DNA of 62,900 nucleotides, filler included. It is 7 parts of 7 records of this genome, joined end to end, with 100 filler letters (N's around TTAATTAATTAA, not from the genome) between each part and the next. Parts side by side here need not be neighbours in the genome. Positions count along the whole stretch, not along the records: positions 37,106 to 43,205 come from SRR31147125_21242; positions 43,306 to 57,217 come from SRR31147125_21270; 5 more parts are not named here. One strand, given 5' to 3'. Shown in pieces: positions 41,404-53,168 of this stretch (its first letter is position 1; every line of letters starts with the position of its first letter). Position numbers and translations under genes: made by a program. The notes beneath the pieces were generated by a model, which made no database searches, had not been told where the DNA came from, and saw nothing but the letters and a program-made list of their open reading frames with translations.

Positions 41404-42648
41404 ATGATCATGGGTAAAACAATCGTAGAGAAAATCATAACCCACGCAGCAGGAGTGGAGAAGGCCACGGCAGGTGAAATTGTTTATGCCGAGGTTTCCC
41501 ATCTGATGACCAACGATGCCGTGGGGGAGCTGACCGTTGATGCATTTGAAAAAATGGAGTCAACGCCATGGGATAAGGATCGGATCGCCGTCATTCTGGA
41601 TCATTACATCCCTGCATCCACGGAAAACGCCGCCCGAGTCCATAAGAAGCTTCGGGATTTCTGTCACAAATACGGTATCCCCCTTTTCGATCAGCAGGGG
41701 GTTTGTCACCAGCTAATGATTGAAAAACGCGTACTTCCGGGTGATCTGGTCATAGGTACGGACTCCCACACCTGCACCTATGGAGCCGTCGCTGCCTTTG
41801 CAACGGGGGTGGGATCCACCGATGGCGCCGCTGTCATGGCCACCGGCGAAATATGGTTGAAAATTCCTGAGACCATACGGATCGAGTTGAATGGAGCGTT
41901 GCCGGATCATGTCCATCCCAAAGATGTCATTCTAAAAATCATTGCAGATTTGGGAGCTGATGGCGCGACCTACAAAGCCTTGCAGTTTTGTGGTGAGGGG
42001 GTCTCATCCATTTCCATGGACGGGCGGTGCACCATGTGCAATATGGCCATAGAAGCCGGGGCAAAGACCGGAATTTTCGAACCCGATGAGACCACGGAAC
42101 GGTTTTTTGAAAATCGTGGAGAAAAGGGAGTTTTTCTTAAAAGCGACTCCGATGCGGAGTACTGTTCAACACTCCAACTCGATTTGACGAGGCTTGTCCC
42201 CCAGGTCTCCCAGCCTTGGGCAGTCGATAAGGTGGTGCCGGCGGCGGATCTTTTCGGAACGCCTATCCAGCAAGCCTTCATCGGCTCATGTACCAATGGC
42301 AGGATGGAGGACCTTCGAGTGGCAGCCAAGGTGCTTGAAGGAAAAGGGGTCGCCCCCAATGTCCGTTTACTGGTAACACCGGCATCGAACAATATTTATC
42401 AAAATGCGGTTGACGAGGGGGTGATGAGCATACTTCTGCAGGCCGGGGCGGTCATATGCAATCCCGGATGTTCCGCCTGTTTCGGAGGGCAGGGGATGTT
42501 GTGGGAAGGAGAAGTCTGCATCGGCACCCATAATCGTAATTTCAGAGGAAGAATGGGACACAAGGATTCCAAGGTTTTCCTGGCTTCCCCCGAAACCGTC
42601 GCTGCATCAGCCATTGCCGGTGTGATCCAAGATCCTTCAATGAGATAA
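41404..42648 (+). CDS. leuC: 3-isopropylmalate dehydratase / homoaconitase family large subunit (short HacA/DmdA-like type)
   Basis: ILDH, GVCHQ, DSHTCTYG, GSCTNGR, PGCSAC, NRNFRGRMG; 414 aa. Confidence 0.9.
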   Translation: MIMGKTIVEKIITHAAGVEKATAGEIVYAEVSHLMTNDAVGELTVDAFEKMESTPWDKDRIAVILDHYIPASTENAARVHKKLRDFCHKYGIPLFDQQGVCHQLMIEKRVLPGDLVIGTDSHTCTYGAVAAFATGVGSTDGAAVMATGEIWLKIPETIRIELNGALPDHVHPKDVILKIIADLGADGATYKALQFCGEGVSSISMDGRCTMCNMAIEAGAKTGIFEPDETTERFFENRGEKGVFLKSDSDAEYCSTLQLDLTRLVPQVSQPWAVDKVVPAADLFGTPIQQAFIGSCTNGRMEDLRVAAKVLEGKGVAPNVRLLVTPASNNIYQNAVDEGVMSILLQAGAVICNPGCSACFGGQGMLWEGEVCIGTHNRNFRGRMGHKDSKVFLASPETVAASAIAGVIQDPSMR

Positions 42649-42673
42649 AGTGAGTATAAAAAGGAGAAACAGA

Positions 42674-43205
42674 ATGGAAAAAATTCAAGGAAACGTGTGG
42701 AAGTTCGGAGATAACATAGATACGGATATCATCATCCCGGCTCGTTATCTGGTTCTTCCTCTCCATGAAATGAAACAGTACGCCATGGCGCCCATTGACA
42801 CCCATTTTTCAACCAACGTATCCCCAGGAGATGTGATCGTTGCCGGCAAAAACTTCGGCTGCGGTTCCAGTCGTGAGCAGGCACCTGCGGTGCTGAAGGC
42901 CCTTGGAATTAAAGCCGTTGTTGCCGTAGGGTTTGCCCGAATATTTTTTCGCAACGCAATCAACCTTGGAATTCCCCTCATGGAGTGTCCGGAACTGTAT
43001 GAACATGTTCAAAATGGTGACGCTCTTGAGATTGACTGTGTTCAGGGGGGCGTCACTACAATGGCTAACGAAAGGAGATTCTCCACAACAAAGCTCCCGG
43101 ATTTTCTTCTGGATGTAATAAAGGCCGGAGGGTTGAGCGCCCATGTAGCGGCTTTAAAAACCTCACGCTCATTGGTTCGAGGAGTTTCATGCTTTGTTGT
43201 GTCAG
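42674..43205 (+). CDS. leuD: 3-isopropylmalate dehydratase family small subunit (runs into contig end)
   Basis: GDNIDTDIIIPARYL, NFGCGSSREQA, FARIFFRNAINLG; AAGGAG RBS before ATG 42674. Confidence 0.9.
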
Positions 43206-43305
43206 NNNNNNNNNNNNNNNNNNNNNNNNNNNNNNNNNNNNNNNNNNNNTTAATTAATTAANNNNNNNNNNNNNNNNNNNNNNNNNNNNNNNNNNNNNNN
43301 NNNNN
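43206..43305. other. Artificial contig spacer
   Basis: N44-TTAATTAATTAA-N44. Confidence 0.99.
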
Positions 43306-44078
43306 CCGGAAATCCTGCTGAGATCATTGGCACAACCATTTTTGCCTCTTCCGTTGCGACCCTTGCTGCGATTTTGGCTGTGAAATTTTTTGCTACCATG
43401 GATAAAGGCTTTTCCGCCTTAAAAGGATCTCTTTTAAGATCCTGGCGAGCGCTGTTATTAGCAGCTGTAATTTTTGTGACAGTTCTTTTTGTGTTAAATT
43501 CAGGTATCCTGACTAGAACACATCTAGTCCCGCCCAATCTGTTTAAAAATATCATTATGACCCTTTCCACCTGGGCCATTCCTTTTCTCCTGTTTATTAT
43601 CCCACTTTTAGCGATATTAAAAAAAATCAAGATATATGAAGTTTTTGTTGAAGGCGCAAAAGAAGGATTCCAGGTAGCTATTCGAATTATCCCCTTTCTG
43701 GTGGCCATTCTTGTAGCGATTGCCATGTTTCGTGCTTCAGGTGCGATGGAGTTTTTTGTCTGGCTTATATCACCTGTAACATCGATTATTGGTATGCCGG
43801 CAGAGGTATTACCAGCAGCGCTCATGAGACCGCTATCAGGAAGCGGCACTTTAGGCATAATAACCGAATTATTGAATTCGAATGGTCCTGATTCATTTAT
43901 AGGTAGACTGGCTTCCACAATTTATGGATGTACGGAAACAACATTCTACGTTATCGCTGTCTATTTTGGTGCAGTACAAGTAAAGAAAACACGCTATGCC
44001 ATCCCGGCTGGTTTGATTGCCGATGCAGCAGGCGTACTGGCAGCCGTGTTCATTTGCCGATTATTATTTGCCAATTAA
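43306..44078 (+). CDS. spmB: Fused SpmA/SpmB (Gate-domain) membrane protein, 5'-truncated
   Basis: GNPAEIIGTTIFAS (SpmA C-terminus), YEVFVEGAKEGF, LMRPLSGSG, TETTFYVIAVYFG. Confidence 0.88.
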
Positions 44079-44519
44079 ATTCCTGTATTAATGTAATCAT
44101 GCTTTTCGGGAATGTTTAGCCAAGGCACGTGGTTTACTTTGCTTAGACGCCACTCTCTTCAGTCAGGGATACCGGTTCATCAAAAATTTATACATTGCTG
44201 ATTGAGAACAAAAGAAACGTGACGATTCACAATCTAATAAAATCCTTTCCTTCCTGTTTTAGGATGTGGCATTTTGGGGACATTCAATTTTTAATCTATT
44301 TGCAGCCTCGCGCATATGCCGATTTATGCATAGCTGAAAAGCAGTAAAAATCTGTTTTTTCCTCTCCCTTTCTAAGGAAATCCTCTGCCCCGGTTCGTTT
44401 TTACACAAACCGGGAATAAATTACCCAATGAATACCTCTACAGTAAAAAAAATCATTTCACTAAAACTATAGTTATCTGTTTTTATTAAGGCTAAAACAA
44501 GGATTTTCACATTCTGCTT

Positions 44520-44535
44520 TGGCACGTAATTTGCA
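44520..44535 (+). promoter_or_regulatory. Sigma54 -24/-12 promoter
   Basis: TGGCAC-GTAAT-TTGCA, exact consensus. Confidence 0.75.
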
Positions 44536-45226
44536 AAATAAAAGTTATAATAAAATTACTGTCATCTAGACCTTATTTTGATGTTGATTTGCCCTTTACA
44601 CTCATACGAAAACGGATCTGTAGCAACGATTGAAAATAACTATGAACCTCTACTCGACATCTTTAGGTTTTACTATACCTGAATTCGCGCAATTTTGTAA
44701 TAAATTCCTCGTTACTATGCAAAACCCACCCAATCAGGATTCTATCCATCCAAACATGGCACTGAATTTGGCTGCAAAGCCTATTGTGAGGTGCGGGGCG
44801 TTTTTAAAAAACGAAAAATGAAACATTCAGTCAGGTTCTACTTTCAGCGTACGATGGATTTGTTACTTAAACGTCAAAATGCATTCATTAAAATAGGCTC
44901 TAAACTGGCTCTCGTTCTCTTTTATAGAGGTCGATGTTTCAGCAGAAAAATTCATTAGCTTCTTGTCTTAAATACACAAAATAAAGATAAAAGAAGGTAA
45001 AAATATGTAATACTAGTCAACCACATTCTTGGCAGCTAATATTATGTTTCATCGATGAATAAGGTTTTCCTTAATTGTCGATTCATCGCGTAGAATTCAA
45101 AGAATCCATTTTTATTCCATTGGTTTCCAATAGAATAATCTGGCCACTTTTAATACAGATCAAAAGCCAAAATATATTACAAGAATATAAAATCACTAAT
45201 ATTTAAAGTTTCTTAAAAATCCTGAC

Positions 45227-46692
45227 TTGCAGACAACCGGGTACGAACAGTCACTTATAATGGAAACGGTAAACCGAATGAAGCAAAGACGATTTATTTC
45301 CAGACAGCCATATACAATACAAAAACCGGATATGAATATTTTTACTGATTCCAATACTTTTCAATCACAAAAGATTCTGTGTTCACTCGTTCGTGAATTA
45401 TATGAATCAAAACGTACAGAGGAAACCTATCGAGCTTGTACCGAATATACCCTTAATGGTTTTGCCATCTTTCAAAATAGACGTATCACTTTTGTAAATC
45501 AGGTTTTTTCTGACATTTCTGGCTATTCCATACAGGCTCTGCAGAATATGACACCAAAGGATATTTTTTTCCTCATTTTTAAGGAAGATAGAGATGCGAC
45601 AATTAAATATATCGATGATCTCCTTTCGGAAAAGCTGTTACCAGCTCCAAAAAGTTTTCGTATTATTCGTAAAGATTCTCACATTCGTTGGATAGAATCG
45701 CTTATGACACCTACGATCTTCCAGGGCAATCTATCTCTTCTTATCTCCATTAATGATATTACAAAACAAAAATGGTCAGAGGAGGCTGCCAAAAATTCGG
45801 AGAAGGATATAGATAAACTCGTTACTCAGCGAACCAGAGAATTAACAAAAGAAATTGCCCATTTAAAAAAGAAAACGCCAAGCTTAAAAGAACCGATCTC
45901 AACAGAAAAATAAATGAATACAAATTAAAATACAATTACATCCAAATGAAACGTTCTAATGGTCAGCATGCTCTGGGACAAATAGCTGCGTCGATGGCCC
46001 ATGAACTCAACCAACCACTTGTGGGCATCCGGGGCCTGGCTGAGCATCACCTGATCTGCCTGGACAGAAAATGGGAATTTAGTGAAGAGGACTTGACCGA
46101 AAGTTTAAAATTAATCATCGAACAGGCTGATAAAATGTACCACATAACGGAACATGTTCGGCAATTTGTAAACAAACCCAGAAATGCCGATGAACAGTTT
46201 GTGAACGCGAACAAGGTCATTCAATCCACAGTTAAATTACTGATCACACAATTTCGAAATCGTGGTATTGAGATTAAATTAGAGTTAGACAAAACTCTTC
46301 CTCAGGTATTGGTCAATCCTTATTCTTTAGAAGAAGTTATTATCAATCTGTTGATTAACGCCCGGGATGCATCAGAACAGATTATGTCCGAAAATAAGCA
46401 AAAAATACCAACAGAAATAATCATTCAAACCTGCACGAAAAACAAAGACGCGGATAACTTTATAATAATAAAGGTTAAAGACAACGGTTGCGGTATTCCG
46501 GAATGTCAGATACGAAAAGTTTTTGACCCATTTTTCACAACAAAAAATCGGGATACCGGTACTGGCTTGGGATTATCCATTACAAAAGAATTTATCGAAG
46601 AATCCGGCGGAACAATAGATATTAGTTCAGAACAGGGAAAAGGAACAACTGTGACGATAACTCTACCAGCAGCTAATGAGGCAGAAAAATAA
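45227..46692 (+). CDS. PAS-domain sensor histidine kinase (ORFs 45227-45913 and 45946-46692 joined by +1 A near 45870)
   Basis: PAS (FVNQVFSDISGYS...FRIIRKDSHIRW); H-box AHELNQPL, NLLINARDA, DNGCG, FDPFFTTK, GTGLGL. Confidence 0.9.
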
Positions 46693-48057
46693 TGAAATAC
46701 CACAACATGCAAAATATTCTTCTCGCAGATGATGAAAAAATCGTTCACCAAACCCTTGGTAAATATTTGCGTGCTTCAGGCAAACAATTTTTCGGAGCTC
46801 ATGATGGGTTATCCGCATTAGATTTGATAAAATCCAACACATTCGACATGGCTCTGGTGGATGTGCAAATGCCAAACATGGATGGCCTCACACTTTTATC
46901 ACAAATTCGGACAATTCGTCCGTATTTGCCTGTTGTCATGATTACAGGTCACGAAGACATGAATGTTGTGATTCAAGCTTTGCGATATGGTGCCACTGAT
47001 TTTATTAGAAAACCAATCAAACTTGCTGAATTAGATGCCGTGATGGAAAAAGTAGTACACAATTTTGAGAAAAAAGAAGCAATTAAAAATCACGTCAAAT
47101 TCAGATGACACGATAATAGATGACAGTTATATAACACCTGATTTTGTTGGTAAAAGCCCTGCTTCATTGAAGGTATGGGATCAAATCAAACAATTGAGCC
47201 AGGCAAACTGTGATACGATCCTCATAACTGGCGAAACAGGCACAGGAAAAGAAATTGTTGCCAGGGAAATTTACAAGCAAACAAAATCCACCAATGCCCC
47301 ATTCATTGCGGTAAACTGTCCCTCAATTCCGGATTCATTAGTTGAAAGTGAACTGTTCGGTCATAAAAAAGGGGCCTTTACCGGAGCTACGAATGACAGA
47401 ATCGGATGTTTTGAATTGGCGAACAATGGTACACTTTTCCTGGATGAGATAGCAGATCTTTCACCTTCTGCACAGGCGTCCCTTCTTCGTGTACTGGAAA
47501 ATCGGACAATTAGACGAGTAGGAGGAAATAAAGAAATAAACGTCAATGTGCAGGTTGTAGCCGCAACCAACAAATCCCTTGAAGAGCTCATTGAAGCCGA
47601 TAAATTTCGTCTTGATCTGTATTATAGATTGAATCTCTTTATGATCTATCTCTCCCCTCTTCGTGAACGCCGCGAGGATATATTGCCCCTGGCTGAACAT
47701 TTTTTAAGAACCCATGCAAGTGCCAGGGAGCGTAAATATCAAGGATTTTCGCCAAATGCTAAAAACTTCCTACTCGAGTATGATTATCCGGGTAATGTAC
47801 GAGAACTTTGTAATATGGTTGAGCGTTCGACTATTTTATCCAGAAATGGTCAGATACAGATCGAGCATCTCCATATTCCAAAAAAATCTTCAAAAGCCGC
47901 TTCGACATCAATTCACCATTCAACTGAAAACAATGAATATGATAGGGTTATGAGTGCCCTGGAAAAAGCACAATGGAATCGCCGACACGTCGCAAAAGAA
48001 CTGGGGATTACTTATTCCGCTTTACGCTACAAAATGCTCAAACTTGGAATCAATTAA
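46692..48057 (+). CDS. NtrC-family sigma54-dependent response regulator (ORFs 46692-47108 and 47065-48057, frameshift near 47070)
   Basis: REC (LADDE, DVQMP, KP), AAA+ GETGTGKE, ESELFGH, GAFTGA, FLDEI, PGNVREL, Fis-type HTH. Confidence 0.92.
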
Positions 48058-48410
48058 TGAATTTCATCTAATTATCCCTCATTAACCAAAAAACACAACG
48101 CTCATTACTATTCAAACAATTATCAAACACTTTCCTAACTGCCCTACGCTTATTTCTCTCCTATTTTAGCGACAGATATTGGATACCAGTACTTTATCCT
48201 ATTCTCATATATCACAGTATCTATATCATCGAACATGATCAATTGCCCTCTTCTTTTTTACCCCATCACGCTTTGCCTCATAGTATTAGCATCATTGACG
48301 ACAAATAGTGCAGCAACATTTGCTGTAAAGTCCGTTTTTTGACTTTTATCATTACTCCAGAATGATGTTTAATATCATAATATTCATAGGCTTAACTTTA
48401 CAGCTTTTTT

Positions 48411-48426
48411 TGGTATAATCGTTGCC
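48411..48426 (+). promoter_or_regulatory. Sigma54 -24/-12 promoter upstream of the chemotaxis cluster
   Basis: TGGTAT-AATCG-TTGCC (GG-N10-GC), about 95 bp before 48521. Confidence 0.65.
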
Positions 48427-48520
48427 AATGAAGCAGTATTAATTTATAGCAACCGTAATTTCATCAGCGACCTATATCATTCTCATCATCTGAGAAAAGC
48501 ATGTACAGGAGAGCAAATAC

Positions 48521-48925
48521 ATGAGGATCCATATAGTCAATGAAGAGCCAATTCTAAGTAAAATAATTCGTTCATTTCTTTCCAAAGCAGGTTATAAAGT
48601 TCAGATTGTAAAAACAGTTGATGAACTCTACACGAAAATAAAAAAAAATACCTATGAACTAAACGTGATTATGGCATATGATCAATTATACTCGGACAAT
48701 AGGATCACGATAATTAACGAATTACACACTCGCTGTCCCGGCGCCGTTATAATACTCATTACACCGGATCCACCATTTCTTTCAGCAAAAGAAGCCCTGG
48801 CACATGGCATATCTGCTTATCTACGTAAGCCGGTCTATCTTGCTGAGCTCGAACTCATTTTGACTCAACTCGAAGAACATCACATAACTGAAAACCATTT
48901 TTGTAAAGATCTAGTTGTTCACTAG
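48521..48925 (+). CDS. Stand-alone atypical receiver-domain protein
   Basis: IVNEE, IILIT, GISAYLRKP; the canonical Asp position is not clearly conserved. Confidence 0.7.
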   Translation: MRIHIVNEEPILSKIIRSFLSKAGYKVQIVKTVDELYTKIKKNTYELNVIMAYDQLYSDNRITIINELHTRCPGAVIILITPDPPFLSAKEALAHGISAYLRKPVYLAELELILTQLEEHHITENHFCKDLVVH

Positions 48926-49091
48926 CTGTGTGGATTACAGCAATCAAAATGCAAGGCAGTTAACACGGAATTATTAAAAGTAAGTTAATATCGCACCAAT
49001 ACCACATGTGCCTGATGGCATTTCTGGTAGAAAACATAATAATCAGTTCAAATAACTCTCTCATTCCTTCAGAAATACAGGATAAATAAAC

Positions 49092-51242
49092 ATGTTAAAA
49101 AATTTATCTACTGGTAAAAAAATCGGAACCGGCTTTGGGCTTTGCATTCTCATGATTATTATCCTAATATCGTTTACATACAGTGAACTTCAGAAACTTG
49201 AAAGGATACATGAAAGGGGGACAAATCTGGTTTCAAGGGCCAACGTCATTCAAAAAACAGCAGAACTGGAAAATAAAGTATCTCATTATTTCATCGAGAA
49301 TCAAATAAAAAGTTCAGATGAAAGAAATAAAATATGGTCAAAATTAACCACTGAAACACGACGTCATCTTGAAAAAGTATCTCAAGTAATTGATACATCA
49401 GTAGAGAAAGAATTATTAACAGAAGCAAAATCAGCATTTTCAAAATTGATTCAGATGTATGAAAATAAAAAGCTTCCCATTCTCGGGGAGGATTCTGAAA
49501 CAAATACCGAAGAATTGATAAAACTGAACAGCCTGTTTAAAAAACAATTTGCTGCTCTGGCCAGACCTCTCGAATCACTCCACAAAGAAGTTAAAAAAGA
49601 AGTCGAAAATGCTCACCTGGAATTTAATCATGAAATAAGTAAAATACTTACCATTTCCTCAATACTTGGCTTGCTCGCATTTCTGTCAGCTATTCTGTTG
49701 GGAATATTTATCACCCGGGGTATTACTCAGCCAATAAAACAGCTAAAAAATGCGGCACACACATTGGCTACCGGAAACATGAATTACGATATTGATTTTG
49801 ACAGAAAGGATGAAATTGGGGACCTGGCAGCATCTTTTCAGGAATTGGTTCAATCACAAAAAACCAAAGCTGAGGTTGCTAAAAAAATTTCGTGTGGAGA
49901 GCTATCTATCGAAATAGAAACAATATCCAGTGAAGACATTTTGGGAAATGCTTTAGTGAACCTGAAGGAAAGCATTCTTGGACTCATAAAAGAAGTAGAT
50001 ATTCTGACTCGTGCTGCACTGGCTGGCGATCTTTCAAGCCGCGGAAATGAAGATAAATTTCAGGGTAAATATAAGGATATTATCAGGGGTTTTAACCAGA
50101 CCCTCGATTCATTTCTTGACCCGATTTGTGAATCCACTGATGCACTGGAAAAAATTGCCTTGAAGGATCTGACAATAAAAATGCATGGTCAGTATAAGGG
50201 AGATCATGCAAAAATCAAGACAGCGTTAAATTCGGCTATTGAAAATTTAGATGATGGATTACAGCAAGTAAGCCTGGGTGCCGAGCACGTTGCATCCGCC
50301 TCTGTACAAATCAGTACAGGTAGCCAGGCAGTCGCCCAGGGAGCATCCGAACAAGCCAGCACGTTGGAAGAAATAGCCGGAAATTTGCAGGAAATGACAT
50401 CAATGACCAATCAGAACGATGGCACAGCACAGGAAGCCAAAAACCTGGCAAGCGAAGCCCAGATGTTTACCAGCCAGGGTGTAAAAAGTATGGATCGATT
50501 ATCAGAAGCCATAAGCAAAATCAAACAGTCTTCGAATGAAACATCAAAAATTGTCAATACCATTGATGAAATTGCATTTCAAACAAATTTATTGGCACTA
50601 AATGCCGCTGTTGAGGCTGCTCGTGCCGGTGAGGCTGGGAAAGGTTTTGCTGTTGTCGCTGAAGAGGTTCGGAATCTGGCAATGCGGAGTGCCGAAGCAG
50701 CTAAAAATACAGCAAAACTTATTAGCGAATCTATCTCAAATTCTGATAATGGCGTCATTCTGAATGAAGAGGCAATGAAAAACCTGAATAAGATAAATCA
50801 AAAAGTAAGCAAGGTTGAACAAATGATGGCCGAAATCGCAGCTGCCTCAACTCAACAAAGTGAAGGTATCAATCAAATAAGCACAGCAGTAGAGCAATTG
50901 AATCAACTCACCCAACATAATGCAGCCAATTCCGAGGAATCGTCCAGCACAGCTGAAGAACTTTCCAGATATGCAAAAGAAATGAGTGCTCTTGTAGGCA
51001 CATTCCAATTAACACAAAGCCGTTCAATAAAAACGAAAATTGAGAACAGTTCGTCATCAGGTATCCAGGAGTTGTGGGAAACAAACTCTGACAGCCTGAA
51101 AAAAAATACAGGGATATTAAGAGGAAACGGTAATGGAACAAAACAACATTTAGCAGCAGAGAAAATCATCCCCTTTGACACGGACAATAACAAAGCCAAA
51201 TCGAGCTTTGATTGTGATGATGATATATTAACTCAATTTTAA
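49092..51242 (+). CDS. Methyl-accepting chemotaxis protein (two TMs, poly-HAMP)
   Basis: [49 protein letters not shown]-terminal DILTQF. Confidence 0.96.
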   Translation: MLKNLSTGKKIGTGFGLCILMIIILISFTYSELQKLERIHERGTNLVSRANVIQKTAELENKVSHYFIENQIKSSDERNKIWSKLTTETRRHLEKVSQVIDTSVEKELLTEAKSAFSKLIQMYENKKLPILGEDSETNTEELIKLNSLFKKQFAALARPLESLHKEVKKEVENAHLEFNHEISKILTISSILGLLAFLSAILLGIFITRGITQPIKQLKNAAHTLATGNMNYDIDFDRKDEIGDLAASFQELVQSQKTKAEVAKKISCGELSIEIETISSEDILGNALVNLKESILGLIKEVDILTRAALAGDLSSRGNEDKFQGKYKDIIRGFNQTLDSFLDPICESTDALEKIALKDLTIKMHGQYKGDHAKIKTALNSAIENLDDGLQQVSLGAEHVASASVQISTGSQAVAQGASEQASTLEEIAGNLQEMTSMTNQNDGTAQEAKNLASEAQMFTSQGVKSMDRLSEAISKIKQSSNETSKIVNTIDEIAFQTNLLALNAAVEAARAGEAGKGFAVVAEEVRNLAMRSAEAAKNTAKLISESISNSDNGVILNEEAMKNLNKINQKVSKVEQMMAEIAAASTQQSEGINQISTAVEQLNQLTQHNAANSEESSSTAEELSRYAKEMSALVGTFQLTQSRSIKTKIENSSSSGIQELWETNSDSLKKNTGILRGNGNGTKQHLAAEKIIPFDTDNNKAKSSFDCDDDILTQF

Positions 51243-51248
51243 TATAAA

Positions 51249-53117
51249 TTGACTGAGACTATGACGGTATCTATGAGTGCAGATATAACGACACCTCCTT
51301 TAAAAAAATGGATCTCTCTACTTCAGGGCATTGGCAATGAACTTGAAAATCTGACGGCTTTTACAGAGTCAGAATTTTTAACGATTGGCGCCCGATTACA
51401 GGACCTTTCAACACAAGCCAAAAATATTTCAGAATGTGCCTCGACAATTGTCGGATATTTTGGTGGAGATGAGGTTCAGGACGTGATCCTTTCACTTAAA
51501 AGTCTGTCAGAAAAAACCCGTAATTATGTCAAGCTGAACGATGAATCATCAAAAACGGGTCGAAAAACACTCGAACAGCTTAATGATGAGATAAACACAA
51601 TTGTCAATGCTACAGATGGTATAGATAAGATTGTCCGGTTTTTAGGAATTTTAGGAATTACAACAAAAATCGAATGCTCACGTCTCAATCAGAATAATGT
51701 CAACTTTAACAGCCTGGCAAAAGATGTCGGGCAGTTAGCCATCTCCATGCGTTCTCAGCTGGCACCTATTGTTGAAGCATTGGAATCAATAAAAAAAATA
51801 ATTATCCAAAAACGATTTCTTACAAATCATTTACGATCCGACCATGATTTCTCAATTAGTGCATCATTAAAGCAGACAACATCAAGCATTAATTTACTTA
51901 TTGAAAGACACAAGCAATCCTCAAAGTCTATGAAAAATATCTCAATTTCTTCCGGAGAGATAACACAAAATATAAACAATGTAGTAATAGCATTACAATT
52001 TCATGATATAACCCGACAAAAAATTGAGCATGTAAAATCTTCCATTGATGATCTCATAGACAAATTAAGTCATTCGGAAGAAACAAGTACAGACCCAAAT
52101 AATCCGGATCATTTCAACACATTAGATACGATCTCTTTAATAAATAATATTTCATCGCTTGAAGCAGCACAACTTGATAATACTTTAAATGAATTCACCA
52201 ATTCCGTGGATCAACTAAATCATAGTTTAAGCAATATTACAGTACATATCACGAATATGGGTGAAGAGATTCATAATTTAGTTGGCATGACAGATGATAA
52301 TAATTCTTCCTTTATCTCAGAAATAGAGGTGGGCGTCGATGGTGTAACCTCTTCATTGATGCAAAGTGTGCAAAACAATAAAGAGATGTCTTCCACACTG
52401 GCTCCTTTGACATACATGATTGAAAATATAAACTCATTTGTGGATGATGTAGAAAAAATAAGTGCAAAAATCAACCTTATTGCGCTCAATGCCCTTGTTC
52501 AAGCGGCAAAAATAGAAGGACAAGGGGCACCATTAGGAGTCCTTGCTGAGTCCATAAGAGAACAATCCGTAACAGCACGCACCCAGACAACAAGCTTTTT
52601 AGAGGTTTCCCAAAATGTGACAACAGCTGGTGACATCTTAAAAACGGTGATTGTGACACAAACGAATGACATTGAAACGCGGATTCATAAACTTGTTTCA
52701 GATTTCAAATCTGTTTTGTACACACTCCAACACGATAATGAAAAAATCGTCCAGTCTCTAACAATAATGCAGGAATCAGGACAAAACCTGACACAGGATA
52801 TTGAACAAACTGTGGAAAATATATCTATTAATATATTATATCATAATGTCCTGAGTAATGCCATATCTGGCTTTAATCATCTCGCTTCTGCATCACAAAA
52901 ATTTGTGCCTGACAAAGTAGACGGTCAAATGTTGCAAGACATAAAAAAACTCCAAGATCGCTACACAATGAAAAGCGAAAGGGATATACATCATTCTGTT
53001 ACAAACTTGCAGTCAAACGAGTCAGAGTTCGTAACGAAAGATAATAATCGTTTTTTGAATGAAGAAAATGTGTCATACGATGCGGATAATCTGGGTGATA
53101 ATGTTGAACTGTTTTAA
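51249..53117 (+). CDS. Soluble atypical MCP-like protein
   Basis: No TM; two degenerate hairpin tips; LQFHDITRQ; C-terminal NVELF. Confidence 0.75.
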   Translation: MTETMTVSMSADITTPPLKKWISLLQGIGNELENLTAFTESEFLTIGARLQDLSTQAKNISECASTIVGYFGGDEVQDVILSLKSLSEKTRNYVKLNDESSKTGRKTLEQLNDEINTIVNATDGIDKIVRFLGILGITTKIECSRLNQNNVNFNSLAKDVGQLAISMRSQLAPIVEALESIKKIIIQKRFLTNHLRSDHDFSISASLKQTTSSINLLIERHKQSSKSMKNISISSGEITQNINNVVIALQFHDITRQKIEHVKSSIDDLIDKLSHSEETSTDPNNPDHFNTLDTISLINNISSLEAAQLDNTLNEFTNSVDQLNHSLSNITVHITNMGEEIHNLVGMTDDNNSSFISEIEVGVDGVTSSLMQSVQNNKEMSSTLAPLTYMIENINSFVDDVEKISAKINLIALNALVQAAKIEGQGAPLGVLAESIREQSVTARTQTTSFLEVSQNVTTAGDILKTVIVTQTNDIETRIHKLVSDFKSVLYTLQHDNEKIVQSLTIMQESGQNLTQDIEQTVENISINILYHNVLSNAISGFNHLASASQKFVPDKVDGQMLQDIKKLQDRYTMKSERDIHHSVTNLQSNESEFVTKDNNRFLNEENVSYDADNLGDNVELF

Positions 53118-53168
53118 AAAGTAAAATCATCAATTGAATTACAATCAAAGCCAATATCGGAGGTTTAT

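Noticed and set aside
43250-43918. 222-aa minus-strand ORF and the many short antisense ORFs in the track
   Set aside because: Shadows of well-supported genes on the opposite strand; some run into N spacers
44080-44175. Hammerhead-like core on the minus strand (CTGAAGA...GAAA)
   Set aside because: Stems I-III do not pair in the required register
44757-44772. Second sigma54 site TGGCACTGAATTTGGC
   Set aside because: GG replaces the near-invariant -12 GC, so it is not called as a feature
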